Source of the DNA: Hamiltosporidium tvaerminnensis FI-OER-3-3 | Taxonomy: Eukaryota; Fungi; Microsporidia | NCBI GenBank assembly: GCA_022605425.2 | Contig: JAKIMF020000013.1 | Location: 372,001-436,000, forward strand | Length of the DNA: 64,000 nucleotides | Direction: 5' to 3' | Shown here: piece by piece, positions 1 to 13,410 of the stretch | How positions within the stretch are numbered: the stretch's first letter is position 1 | Layout: every line of letters starts with the position of its first letter | The notes under the pieces: generated by a model | What the model was told of the DNA's origin: nothing | The model's database searches: none | Seen by the model: only the letters and a program-made list of their open reading frames with translations | Position numbers and translations under genes: made by a program

Positions 1-1340
1 TGCAAGAATTGCAAATTTTAAATACAATAATATATTAGAATGAAACATCCTTATTTAAAGATATATGCAATGATTTTGATTTTAAGAAGTCTAGGAATAT
101 GTATAGTCTCTGATGAAACTAATATTTCTAGATATGATTTAGTGCTTACAAATACCTTGGAATAATACAAGAAAACAGAGCGAAAGCAATACAAAAATAA
201 TATGAACAAGCAAATATAAACTAATATAAAGGGTTAAAAATCATTGGCTTATAAGATTAAATCAAAATTTTTTTTTGATTAATCAACATGTTATTTCGTT
301 AGCTAAATACCATATAAAAGCGTTTTAACTTGGAACGTCTGGCTTTTCAAAGTTAGATGATGAATTATACTAGTGAAAAACAAGATATATCTTCAGCTCA
401 GGGTGTGGAATAAGTTTTTATCATGCTAGAACAGAACCTGGAATAGGCCTAAAATTTTTAAATTATAAAGCGAACATAGGCTTCTAAAACTTTTGAACTG
501 TCTGTAAAATAACATGGAAATTTCAACAAGAATAGCAGCGATTCTAAAGAATGAGAACCGTAACAAAAATTGACATGTTAAGCAGAGACTTCTCAGAGGC
601 TAATATAGATGGGATGAAGAAAACAAAAAAATAGAAGAAGTGGGGATAGCATAATTATATAACACAATACAAAATGAAAACAGCATTCTAGCTTGTATAA
701 TGTTAGAAATGAATGAAGCTGTATGTGTTATTATCATAAAAAAAAGATTGAAGACAAATGTTTAAAGTCGAGCGCTTAAGAAAAATCTTTTGCCATACAT
801 GATAAATCTGCATTCCGATGAGCAGAAAAATGTGCGAAACTTTCATCAATATCTTGATACGGAAAATATATGGAAAAACAATATGAACTGGATCACAAAA
901 ACTTTAAAGGGCGGCATAATACGATCTCATAGTAATTACATTGATTTCTACCAAATAAATAGATGTAAGCCCAAAACCACATATTAACAGTCAATCTCAC
1001 AAGAAGGTCTTGAAAAAGAAAACCCAGAGTTGAAATTAGATATGAGACTTCTTGAAAGCATCAATAATAGACCCGATACTTATTTTAGTTTTGAGAAAAA
1101 AAATAGAATCGTGGTCATTAAATGAGATTCACACCTCGATATTTAGTTTAAATAGTTTAATCGGAAACACATGAGAGATAATCTATAAACTAAGTAATTG
1201 AGGTTTTTTCTATGTATATTATTTCAATAATCTCTTTTTGTGATTAATTGGGGAATTCTGCTACAAAATACGACAAATTGTGTGTTAAAAAAGCCTGAAA
1301 AGCTAACATATGTATAATATATAACCAGAAAAACTTTGGT
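1..1340 (+). mobile_element. Heavily decayed relic of an RLE-type non-LTR retrotransposon (C-terminal part)
   Basis: Fragmentary frames resemble the element at 52.3-56 kb: AATAATAGACCCGAT (N-N-R-P-D, start of the RLE motif) at ~1063-1077, 'IRSHS' in ORF 790-987 (also in ORF 52927-53517), and a YKSLG/YKYLG-like stretch near 85. Many stops and frameshifts; boundaries approximate. Confidence 0.55.
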
Positions 1341-2218
1341 GAACATTTTATATACAAAATAATACTTGGCTAAGATCAACTGCCAAATACCCATTCCTAT
1401 TTTATAAAATCAACAGACCAGGAATATTATGTTGAGCAAGTAAAAACAAAAAATATATTATACATTATTTAAAACCGGGCAACCAAATTGAGAAGATTGA
1501 CGATCAATATAAATCTAAGATTCAGAAGTACAGGATTAAATATTTCAAAGAGATGGAAATATTATTTTACCCCGAATTTCATCATCCTAAAGACTTAAAT
1601 ATTATATATATAATTCTTAATTCCGTAAAAGGTATTTCATTGCGGAATATAAATTTTATTTATAAAAAGTAAAATATAAAGACAAATTTAGGAATAAAAT
1701 TTCTATTTTATATCAGAAATACATTTATTCTACAAATATATAAGATAAACAAAGGCATTGAATAATTTTAAGATAAATTATTTAATTCTAATCTTTTTTT
1801 TAATATTTTTAATATTTTTAATATCTAATCAGACTCTTGATATCTTAATTTTTTACTAAATATATTTTGGGTGAGCAACCTGAAAACCTTAGTTTTAAAT
1901 ACACAATTTCGATAAATATTTCTAATTATTTAAAACTTTCAGAATATTTTTTCAAGTGAAAAAATAATACTTTATAATCAATATTTTCAGTGTAAAATAA
2001 ATTATTATTTATCAAAGTATTGATAAGATAGATAAAATATTTTTGGATTATTTTATGATTTTGACAGTGAAATTTCTGGTAATAAGTTGGAATTTTAAAC
2101 AATAAACAAGATAGTATTGTCCATTCTGTGATTTTTTACATTTTATATTGTCAAACTGAAATTAAAGAAAAGGATCTATTTACAAACCAAAAATATTAAA
2201 TAAAATAAAAATCATAGT

Positions 2219-2647
2219 TTAATATTTTTCTGGTTTTTTCTTACAATGTTCGATAATTTCTACGAGTTTTAATGATGGAATATCAAATACTTCATCATCA
2301 TTTGTTATTTCTGATTCTATATTATCTTTAATTATTAATTCATCAGAATGTATTTTTACTTGTTTAGTTCCTTCTCGTTTTTTACTTAATTGCCTCTTAT
2401 TCTGGAACCAAACCTGGACCGATCTTTGTGGTATTCCTAAAAGTAATGCTATCTCACACCTTGTTTCTGTCGATGGAAAACTTGAAACCTCATATACGGA
2501 ATTTAATACGTCCTGTTGAAATTTATTCTTTTTAATCTTTTCTCCATAATACATTTTTCTTCTTTTCATATAACTAAACTTTAATAGACCAATAGCTGCA
2601 TCTATAATAAGTTCTTTTTTATCTTTATCTCCATCGTTAGAAATCAT
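2219..2647 (-). CDS. Homeobox (homeodomain) transcription factor
   Basis: FPSTETRCEIALLLGIPQRSVQVWFQNKRQ matches homeodomain helices 2-3 with the invariant WFQN-R. Confidence 0.93.
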   Translation of the reverse strand: MISNDGDKDKKELIIDAAIGLLKFSYMKRRKMYYGEKIKKNKFQQDVLNSVYEVSSFPSTETRCEIALLLGIPQRSVQVWFQNKRQLSKKREGTKQVKIHSDELIIKDNIESEITNDDEVFDIPSLKLVEIIEHCKKKPEKY

Positions 2648-3773
2648 TATTCTAGATTCTTATCTTTATGGATCATTGGAATATAAATATATGTCAATAA
2701 ATTATTATTAAATTTAATATAATCCTGTTTAAAATGGTTATATCGATTGTAATTAAAACAAATATAACAATTTAAAATTAATTATAAAGTTGATCGAAAT
2801 AGAAATCAAGTCTGTCATATTTAATCAACTAAAGATGTATTTTCTATTAATACAATATAAATCAAATATTTAGATAACTCATAATAATATTGCGATGCAT
2901 AATATAGACAGAATGTAGTAATATTTATTAAAAAATGGAAATAATTAAAATACATGATTTGCAAATATGAATTAAAGCATTTATAGAAATATTTAATTTT
3001 TATTTACATTTTCTGTAAATTTACGAATCTATTTTTTATTTATATATTAGAAGTAAAAAATAAAGGTTTTTTATCAAGTTTTGATAGAAAAAACAGCAGT
3101 TTCAGATATATTATAATCTTTACAAAAACAAACCTTAGTGAAAAAATAATTTATATAAAATTCCTCTTATAAATTTATTTTTATACAAAACTACGCCCAA
3201 CTCTAGTGTCGACCTATTTTATATAAATTTATATTAAATCAAATATTTATTAATGATTGGTTTTGAAAAAAAAATTCTAGTCTAATGTTTTTTAAAAAAT
3301 AAAGTTTTTTTTATCAAATTATATAAAGTTGATTATTTTATAGTTTTGCGATATTAAAATAAACATTTTAAGTAAAATTTAAACATGTTTAGTCATGAAT
3401 TTTATTAAAGAGAGTATCATTTCAACTAAATTGTAAAAAAAAAAAAACAAAAGATAGATTTATTAAAAATACTTTCCAAATGAAATATCCTTCTTTTAAT
3501 CTTATGATATTCCTCACATTCCAATACCTTTTCTAAACTTTTATTATTATAATATAATATCCTTCTTTTAATCTTATGATTTGAATACCCTTTTTTGATT
3601 AAAATATAATATTTTTCTTTTACTCATTCATACTATTTAATATAAATTAGTCACTGTACTTTTTCTAATGCTTTCTCACTAAAAAAAAATAAGAAATTTA
3701 ACAAAATATTTTTGTTAGTATTTATTTGGTTTTCAATCCATTACTTTCTTTAAATGGAAATATAGTGATTGAG

Positions 3774-4117
3774 AATAATTATTTCTAATTATGAATTATT
3801 ATCAAGATTATAAATACTAAATAATTTTATAATATTTAAATAATTATTTCTAATTATGAATTATTATCAAGATTATAAATACTAAATAATTTTATAATAT
3901 TTAAATAATTATTTCTAATTATGAATTATTATCAAGATTATAAATACTAAATAATTTTATAATATTTAAATAATTATTTCTAATTATGAATTATTATCAA
4001 GATTATAAATACTAAATAATTTTATAATATTTAAATAATTATTTCTAATTATGAATTATTATCAAGATTATAAATACTAAATAATTTTATAATATTTAAA
4101 TAATTATTTCTAATTAT
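3774..4117. repeat. Perfect 65-bp tandem repeat, ~5.3 copies
   Basis: Unit TAATTATTTCTAATTATGAATTATTATCAAGATTATAAATACTAAATAATTTTATAATATTTAAA starts at 3776, 3841, 3906, 3971, 4036 and (partial) 4101. Confidence 0.97.
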
Positions 4118-7100
4118 ATTTCTGTATGAAAATCAATGAAAGTAAATTTGTTTAAAATTCTTAATTAAAAGTTTCAAAGAATTTTTAAAATTCATGTCCA
4201 GATAAGAAAATTATTTTTTTAAATTTTTTTGAATTACAAAAAAATGTGCTGATGATACATTACTATTTACTTACAATCATAGAACAGTTAGAAAATAACC
4301 AGATCAAATTTTTAAGGAACCAGCATATTATAATAATATAAGATGATCTTTAATTTTTTTTAGATGATAATAAAAAGCTCTAAACGAATATTAAATCTAG
4401 TTTAATATTTTAATAGTTTAATCAGAATGGTATAAATGATGTAAAGGTTATATTTTTATATTATATATTTTCAAAAGATAATATTTATTGTATTTTATGG
4501 AATATTTTTGAATATGATTTTTTATAATGAAAAAAAATTTGCACTTTTTTTTTCGTTGTAGAGAAATAATATTCTATCTTTATGAAACTATGTATTTGAT
4601 AAATAAAAATATTGAACTTAATTTAAATAAAATACTAATGGCATCAAGCCATACAATTATAAATTACTATATCATTCATAGAATCTTTTTTATATTTTTG
4701 CTATCAGAAGTATACTTAAATTTAATAATGTTTCTTGATATTTAAAAAGTTTATTTTTCTTTTTTTTTTATTTTGGTGTTTTGATTTAAAAACTGGAAAA
4801 ATTTTATTTTAACATGCATTTTAAGAACAATTTCTACATATTTAGTCATTTTTGAAATTATTTTGTGTTAGAAAAGTATTTTTTTGATCAAAATAGTATA
4901 TTTAAGAATTTTATGACATAAATATATTGCTATTTAAAAAATAATAATATTTCTGTCCTATAAATTTCTAATCTGTTTTAAAATTTTTCATTATTTTTTT
5001 TCTTGTTCTCGTTCATCACTCGAAAAAAAACCGTTATATTTTTTGTTTGAGATAAATGCCTTTATTGTTTGTATTTATCTGTTTAATACTGGCCGCTTTT
5101 CCTCTTTTGCTCGAACCTAAGACTGGTAATAAAACACTCAAATCTCGAAAGAAGATAGCCTCGGTATTTTGAATGATATTTAATTTTTCGTAACATACAA
5201 TTCTATATTTGTTAAAGATTAAAAATAAAATTCTAAATAAAAACAATTAGTTCAATATCAATGTTTATTTAGGCTGATGATAATTTGAAAGAAGTTTACT
5301 TTTTTTTGGAATTTAAAAATTTGAAGCGATATCTGGTTGATTCTTACGTATATCGAGTTATAATTTCGATTTTTGCATTTAATTTTACATCTAAAAATAT
5401 CCTTTGACTTTTCAGTAGATCCAAATTTAATTCTGAGAATAATCGAAGTAATATATTTGAACTAGCAATTAATTTCAGTTGAAAAGAACTTAATTTTTTC
5501 AAAAAAAAAAACAAATTAGAATATCTTCTTTAAATTCATGAGCTAGACTATAATTTCTTACTATTCTCATTCGCGCTTCTATATATTTACGAAGATTGTT
5601 TCTCGTAGATTTTTTTAGGCTTTGATATATACATTTTTAGGTGTATTTATATATTTCTCAATAAAATACCAGGATCTTTTTTAATTGGCACATTTTCCTC
5701 TTCTGTTTTAATCACTCAGTTTTTTAAAGCTTTGGCTCGGTTTTAGGCTTATTCTGTTCAATTTACCACCCTTTTTCATCCCATTATATTTTCTTTCGAA
5801 AAAGTTTATTTTTGTGAAACGTTGTATTAGCAGCTGCAATATTAGGTAATTTATTCGTTGAATTCTCTCCCAGTTATTTTTATTAAAAAATATTGTAATT
5901 TAATCCAGTTTAATTATCATATTGTTCTAAACAATCGTTTTATGGAATTATTACTCGAAATATAAAAATAAATAAATCAGTAAAGACCGTTGAAAATTGA
6001 AACCAATATAGAATGGTTTATGTATCAATAAAAAAAAAAGCTTAAAAAGAAATTCTAAAAATGCCATTAAATTAAATTTTACTTTAAAAAGTTTTAAAAT
6101 ATATTTATACATGCTTTTCAATTTACATATTAAAATCTAGAAACGATTTTTACAATGTTTATTTCAAATATTCCCTTGAGGCAATTAAAGTTTTATTATA
6201 TTTCATGTTCAGTTATACTCACTATTATTGATGGCGTAATATTTATGAAAAATTAAACAAGTCATATTGGTAATCCAAACAGATTATTAATGTCTTGCGT
6301 TTTTTTTGACAATTAAACATTTCGAGGTGAGTCGTTGGAGCGTTTTCGTGACATTACAGAATTGGGTTGGACTTTCGATGAAAGCCAGAAGGAAAAAAGC
6401 TTTTCGTAGGTAATTTTTTATATTTTTAACGCTTTTTTCTAATTTTAAATAAAAACAATTAAAATATTCCAAAATATATACGACTTTAATAAATATCTAA
6501 ATGACCCATTAAAGTTTTCTAGCTTAAAAGATATTAAATTTTCTATTCAGCTCTTAGTTGTTTATGGCGAAATGCTATTTATCAAAATCTATAAAATGCA
6601 AATAAAACGACAGTGACTTAGAAGAGCATTTTTAATCAGAAAAACCCGATTTACTTTAGACTTATTCAGAATGTAATAGAATTTTAAACGGCCTTATTCT
6701 TTTCCTAGGAAGGATTCGTTTCCGCTGTACCTTTTTTGATAAGAAATATACCCAATATTGCTTCAGTACATTTGAAAGCCTCGAAATTAGAATTTATGGT
6801 GTAATTTATATCAAGTAACGATTCACATTTGAAATGCCATATGATACTATCAGAGCAATGCATTTTTTTTCAGATGCAACTATAGCAGACTTCATTAAAG
6901 ACTTGAGATTACAAATACAGACAATTACTTCTATTCTTTTACAAAATTGTCGGACTGAGAAATAATTGAAATAAACGAAACAGTTACTGACAAAAGAAAG
7001 TATAATAGAGGTCGTCTTACGGATCACAATGAGATTTGGTCTATTTCGAGAACGAAAAAGAGGTTATATATGCAAATTATTCCAATAGAACTTTATGTGT

Positions 7101-8044
7101 TCAAAAAATGCTGTATATAATTCTATCTCTCAAAGAAGTAAAATATACTCAAATACACATCATTCATACTATCAATGGTTAAAGAGAATCAATATTTTTA
7201 TTGTGATTGTGTGAACCAATTAACAAATTTTGTATTAGAATTAAGTAGTCATACAACTTAATTTAAAATTTAGTGTCAGGATTTAAAAGGTTTAAAAGAA
7301 AAAATATTTTAGCAAAAGACTTAAGTGGAATGATTACATTTAAGAATATATTTTTAAAAACTATTGTCGATTTAAGCACAAAGGACACTGTATTTTAAAT
7401 TATTGGCACTTCTTATTAGATAAAGTGGATATAATTTTAGAACATTTTATTAACTAAATATTAAATTGATAGAAAAGAGGTAAAAAGAAAAAAATTTTAA
7501 ACCCCAAAATATTTTCATTCTCCTCGGGCCTTCATCGAAAGTCCAACCCTGAATTATATGATAACCTAGCTGTTAAGCTGTAGAAACGAACTTAATTTTA
7601 CATTCAACAAAAAAATATAACTGCATTATATTATCTTCTTAAACATCATAAGCTTATTCATGGATGTTTGGTATATTATTCAGGTTTTTATATTCTCTTA
7701 TAATATGTTTAATTGTATATATTTTAAGTCTTTCATATCCGCATTTTTAGCCGCTTTTGGGCAATTTAATGTTAAAAGTTCGGAATTTATTTTACTTATC
7801 AAGTTTTTTTCTTTCTCTTTATTTTGGATTTATAGTAGTTTTAGTAATTATTCTTTTTAGCTCAATTAAGATCATCATCTATTTCTATCAATTTTGCTTG
7901 CTTTTTTGTTGGCATTTATTTGTGTGAAGAGTTTTCTTTGTTCGTAAAAACAGTTTTTTGCGCAGCTTAGTATATTAGGGAAGGGAATAATTCACAAACT
8001 TCTTAGTATCTTTATATGAATTTCTTTACTTCATACAGTTGAAT

Positions 8045-8560
8045 ACAAATTACCTAGGAACTATGAATTCCTAGCCCATGACTCGAGTCTTATTTAAAAG
8101 CTTAGTGTTGAGATGATTTCCTATGTAATGGCTTGGAACGCTATTGTGACAAAATACCATAATTCATACCTTAAAAGACTGCAAATACCTATAACTTTAG
8201 AGGTATACATTCAGTAAAAGATACATAAGAAAACAGTCGAAACAATTTTTTTTGATCGACGAGGAGGACCTGAATCCAGACCAAGTGCCGAATAAAGCTG
8301 AGAAAGTGTGTCAGTAGGTGTTTGAAGAGCGCCAAAGTATACGAGGAACCAACATACCTTTAAAAAAATGGATTTACAAGGAAGATGGTGTTAACTATAT
8401 TCAAACAAAAAATAATACATCTCTAATTTTAGATAGAGAACCGACGATAATTATAAATGAAAAGTCCAATATGAGGAAGAAAAGATGGTGGTACAAGAGG
8501 TATAAGAAAATGCATAAAAGTGTGAAACAAACATTTCAACCTTAAACTTTATTAATTGAT
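8045..8560 (+). mobile_element. 5'-truncated 3' fragment of the RLE non-LTR retrotransposon (diverged copy)
   Basis: Colinear with 12898-13395 and with the reverse complement of 52290-52800 (e.g. ATTGTGACAAAATACCATAA, CCTTAAAAGACT, GAACCGACGATAA). Confidence 0.85.
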
Positions 8561-9576
8561 TTTTTATATTTAATCGGGTATTAAATTCTAAGGAGTATTC
8601 AAGCAATAGCTTCTTTATGTATTTGTTATTAAAGGTATAAAAAAATTACACATAGGAAAGGCAAAAAAACATCAAAATTATCATACAATTTTTTATGTAA
8701 CTATGAAAATTCTTAGAAAAAAAATCTGAAAAAATTGATTCAAATTTTTTTAAAAATGAAAAATTAGGAAAATCATAAATAACTTATATACCGTTATTCT
8801 TGCTACATTCTACAATCTTAAAAAATGTTTGACAATAAATACTGCGAATATTTTTTTGAGCCAATTAGCGTTTTCATTTATTTCATGTTTTATTTTCCAC
8901 ACTATTTTTTCTGTGTAGGATTTTGACAAATTAAATTTTTATGTTCGTAATCCAAACACATGATTGGTGTCTTGCATATTTTTAACCAATTAAACATTTC
9001 GAGGGAGTCATCTTCATCACATTACTTTATTGTAAAATAATAATTCTAAGAGATATTTGGTGTTAGTATAGCTTCGAATAGTAATTTTTAATTCCAGTAA
9101 TGCGTATTTTTGATTAGATTTCGTCAAAAAATCAATAATTATAGCTAACAAAATTTTTCAAAGCTTATGTTACATTTTGAGTCTGCACATCAAATATACA
9201 TTTTTTTTAAATTGATCAAAATATATATTTCTACAATTTTAACATATATATCCTCAGTATAAAAAACTGTGGCAAAACAAATAAAAATGTATTTTTTTGG
9301 CATTGAAATTTTGAATTATCTTTATCATATTACTGATATAAATATATTTTGAAAATCCAAAACTTTATCTCTGTAGAATGTAATATTATTTTTGTGAGTA
9401 TTATATGTGCTATGTAAATCGATTAACGATGTTTTTTTTCGTTGACTTATACAATAAATTCTATTAATGAAATTATAACTGTATACATAAAAAGTAAAAT
9501 TCTTTCTTCCAAAAAAGGAGATTTGGGCAAAAAAAGTAATTTAGAAATATTCAAATAGTAAAGAATCAAATTACCC

Positions 9577-11510
9577 ATGGATATTGAATGGAATGCCCTT
9601 TCACTGAAAAGAAAAAAACAATATTACCTTTTAAAAATGAAATTGTAGATATTATATTAGATTCAAATGGGTATGCATATAAGAACTAAATTACTGCTGT
9701 GATATCATATGACGATGAGGAAATTCAATCGTTTATGGCACTTTTAGCTGGTGAAATTGAGAATAACGAATGGACGAAAGGTATTATAAAAGCCGATGGT
9801 ACATATAGAGAAGATAACGATTGGATTAAAAATTATATATTTTGTAAAAACACCAATGTATTCTTGCCATATATAACTGTAAATGATGCAATTAGATTTT
9901 GTTTTTTGTTTAAAGATAATTATATTTCTTCGCTCGAGGAAATTGAAGAAACTTTGAAGCTGTTCAAACTTTTCAGAATTCGGAATAATAAAATCGAACA
10001 ATTAAGTGAATCAGAAACGAATAGACTTTTTCTTGCTATAATTTACATTTTATAACAAAAAGTGGTTTTTATCAGCAATGTTTTTAAAAGCTCATTGACA
10101 AATAAGAGAAGCAGAAATCTATTTTGTAAAATATTAAGGCAAGTTTCGAGCACAAAAACAGTATTTTTAGGTCTAAATAAGTTCCATAGAGAAATATATA
10201 GCATAATTGACTCAATTGTGATTCTTAATAAAGGTAGAACAGTATTTTCTGGGACCAAAAAGAGTTATATAGAATTTTTAAAAAAATATAATATTGAATT
10301 ATCGGGAAAAAAATTTCGTAATCTAGAATTCTTAAGTCAACTATCAATACAAAAGGGTGAAAAATCAAATATTGATTCTACAGAGTCTATTTTCGAAATC
10401 CAAAACAACAATTTAATTGATAATATGGCGGAATATACGAAAAGCCAATTTAAAAATACTGATTCGATTAATTGGAAACAAAAAAGTGAATCGGTTTATG
10501 ATTTTTCATTTAATATACATCAAATTTATAATTTATTGAAAGAATTCAAGAATAATTTTTTTAAAATGGGATATTTCGCTGGAAAAACATACATAGTTTT
10601 CTTTTCCATTTTATTTTGTTTGATTTATTTTAGAGGTACAATTTTTCCTATAATAAATGAAACAGTGCGACATAATATTGATGTTATAAAAATTCTAGAA
10701 CTAAGTAATGTCTTCGAGGATCCTATAAAAAAATCTTACAACCCACTGATAAATCATTATTATGAATTGATTGTTGAAATATCATGGAATGCTATAGTAT
10801 ATACCATTCTTTGTTGTATATTTCAGTTCATTGTATTCTCTGATTATATTTAGATTTTATTTGAACATTTACACTCAAATGAAGATATAAAAAATGGATT
10901 ATATTCAATAGAAAGTTTATTTTTTGCAGGCAGTATTTTCTATTTACTTACATATTTTCTTATGTTTTTATTTTTATCATATTATTTATTTAGATTATAT
11001 CGATTTGGGATGTGGTTTGAAACTATTTTGTTTTTATTACCCGCTCCGATTTCATATTTTAGTTTTTATATATTTATATTTTTATTGATCATATTTTGTG
11101 TAAAAATTCTCAGTGGGTTGTTTACAGGTATCTGTATTGGTCTATTTATATCGATAGTTGTTTTATTTGGACAATTTTCCTCGGTTTTTTATCATTCCGA
11201 AACAGGAATTAAAGAATTTTTTAGAACCATAGCATATTATTTTCTACAGGTGGTGCCCCCATATCATTTATACATGAATTTCTTAAAATCGTTGATTTAC
11301 TACAAATGGAAGGGTGAATATCATACTGTGATTAAAAAAACCATTTTTACTTTTTTTGATCCCAAAATTTATAAAAATATCAAAAACTACAATGCTATTG
11401 GTGATATAGGATTTTGGTATGGGCTTTTAAATTTGTTATTGTTAATTATAGTTATATGGTTGCAAATGCGCTTTTACTTAGTTTCTTATATAAAAGAAAC
11501 ATCAGATTGA
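9577..11510 (+). pseudogene. Disrupted, divergent ABCG (White-family) half-transporter-like gene
   Basis: CCC-ATG at 9574-9579 (MDIEWNAL). A frameshift in an A-run near 9615 is followed by in-frame stops at ~9687, 10053 and 10851 that separate same-frame ORFs 9699/10062/10962. ABCG-like strings include FLPYITVNDAIRF, LSESETNRLFLA (degenerate signature), IDSIVILNKGRTVFSG and EDIKNGLYS, plus a multi-TM C-terminus. Confidence 0.7.
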
Positions 11511-12662
11511 AGTTGGAATAGCAGAATATAAATCTCATTTTTATTAAATTTTTACTGTTATTGTCCAGTAAATAAACCTAAGTTTAGTACGTTTTTTCAT
11601 TCTTTATATGAAGTAATATTCGATTGGAATATTCAAATTTATCGAGGTATTTCATATTAACTTTCGTAAATTTTTTCTCGAATTCACAAAGGTAAAAGCA
11701 GCAATTTCTGCTTTAATGGTATTAAAAAATAAAGAATATTTCGAGCTTTAATTCAAACACTTATTGCTAAAAATTGTTTTTTACAACAGATAGAATAATT
11801 TTTGTACTATAGAATTCAATAATTTTTTAATAAGATCTTAGGTTTATTTATACTTTAATTACATCTGAGATTTATATAAAAGTATAAAATGCAATATATT
11901 CATACATATTATTAGAAAATTCAATACTTATAGTTACTTATAAAAAAAAAATTTTAAAAATTCCACTTTTTTTGAAACATACATTTCTACAATTTACCAA
12001 AATCTCATATATTTTCAGAATTTATTGCCAGAATGAAAATACTATCCATTTATAAATACGCAGTTATAAATTTGCGTTTGTTGCGTGTCATTTCTCTAAG
12101 TTTTTTTTATTCGGTTTAGAAATAAAATTTCATTTTTATAATCCCAAACGTTTAAACTTTTCTACAATAAGTTTATATCGCTTAACATTTTTTTAAGTTA
12201 TATTTTTCTGTTTTAATTAAACTCGGTCTAAAAAAACTAACTTTCTTTCTATATTTTTAATCTAAACTTGTATTTCAGTCATTTTATCAATACTAATGAC
12301 TGGGCACATTGATATTCACTTGCTAAACATCTTCTTTTTTATGAATGGGGAAATATAATTAGAAATGTGTTTCTCATTCATATATATTCCTCGTATAGTA
12401 TATTTGTATGCATATCTGAATGATAATTAGTATTTTATTGTTTATATATATTTTGTGGATAAAAGAAGTGTTGTCAGCTATTTTTTAAGTAGTATTTACC
12501 GAAATTGTATCCCAATCTTCATTGTTTGGGGAATTTAAGCAAAACCATTGAAACGTCGCGAGAATTGCATTTTTAGAGCCACAAAAGGAAAATTTTCGAC
12601 GTAATGTCATGTAAAAAGACATATCATATTTTTGTAGTAAAAAAGGCGTAGATTTTCTAGTT

Positions 12663-12720
12663 CAGGGCCTCCAAATTACCGCCGACGGCCCCATTTTTTT
12701 GGCTCGCCACGTTTTTTTTA
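12663..12720 (+). mobile_element. Possible isolated hAT (Buster/Charlie-like) transposon terminus
   Basis: GC-rich island CAGGGCCTCCAAATTACCGCCGACGGCCCC...TGGCTCGCC resembles hAT termini (CAGGGGT..CCAAAC..GGCCCGCGGGCC). It is preceded by TTCTAGTT, which fits the nnnTAnnn target pattern. No partner end was found. Confidence 0.3.
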
Positions 12721-12897
12721 TTACGTAGATTTTTTAAATAAGGTAATTAAATACAAAAAATATAGATAAATCATACATAAAGAATTGGAATTATAGATAA
12801 TTTAGGCATGGTTTGTAATACAAAGAAAATTCATAGAGTTTTCATTATTTTTTTGAACTTGTAATTTTTTTTTATTATTTTATAGTAAAAAACCAAA

Positions 12898-13410
12898 TGA
12901 CCTGCTAGCCAATGAGCTGAGTCTTATTTATAGGTGTAGTGTTGAGATAATCCCTTATGTGATGACCTGGGACGGTATTGTGACAAAATACCATAAATCA
13001 CACCTTAAAAGACTAGAAATACCCATGAATGTAGAGACATACATTCAGTCTATAGTACTTAAGAAAACACTCGAAACAAATTCTTTTGACCGACTAAGAG
13101 GACTTGAGTCAGGACTAAATGCCACAGAGAGCTGGGAGAGAGCGTCAATGGGTGTTATTATGAGATCAGAGATGCATGAGGAACCAACACCCCCTTTAAA
13201 AGAAGCGAGGAGAGAGGAAGATGTTGCAAAAAATTTAAAAACAAGAGATAACACACCCCTTATTTCACAAGGAGGAACCGACGATAAACATAATTAAGAG
13301 TCGGATTTAGAAGAAGAGACAGTAGTGGTTAAAGAGGTAGAAGAAAACATGTAAAAAATGGTAAAAATATTTTAACCCAGAATTTTATTAAATCTATTGT
13401 ACTATTGATC
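12898..13410 (+). mobile_element. 5'-truncated 3' fragment of the RLE non-LTR retrotransposon with probable TSD
   Basis: ORF 12959-13297 (MTWDGIVTKYHKSHLKRLEIPMN...) and the 3' UTR closely match the reverse complement of 52290-52770. Flanked by TAGTAAAAAACCAAATGA (12883-12900) and TAGTAAAAAATCAAAATGA (13412-13430). Confidence 0.9.

Noticed and set aside
3774-4117. CRISPR-like array (also 43985-44643)
   Set aside because: The units are contiguous with no unique spacers, there are no cas genes, and the context is eukaryotic.
9577-11510. Stop-codon reassignment or readthrough explaining the in-frame TAA/TAG
   Set aside because: Conserved genes nearby end normally at TAA or TAG (Med6, RFC, forkhead), and a frameshift is also present.
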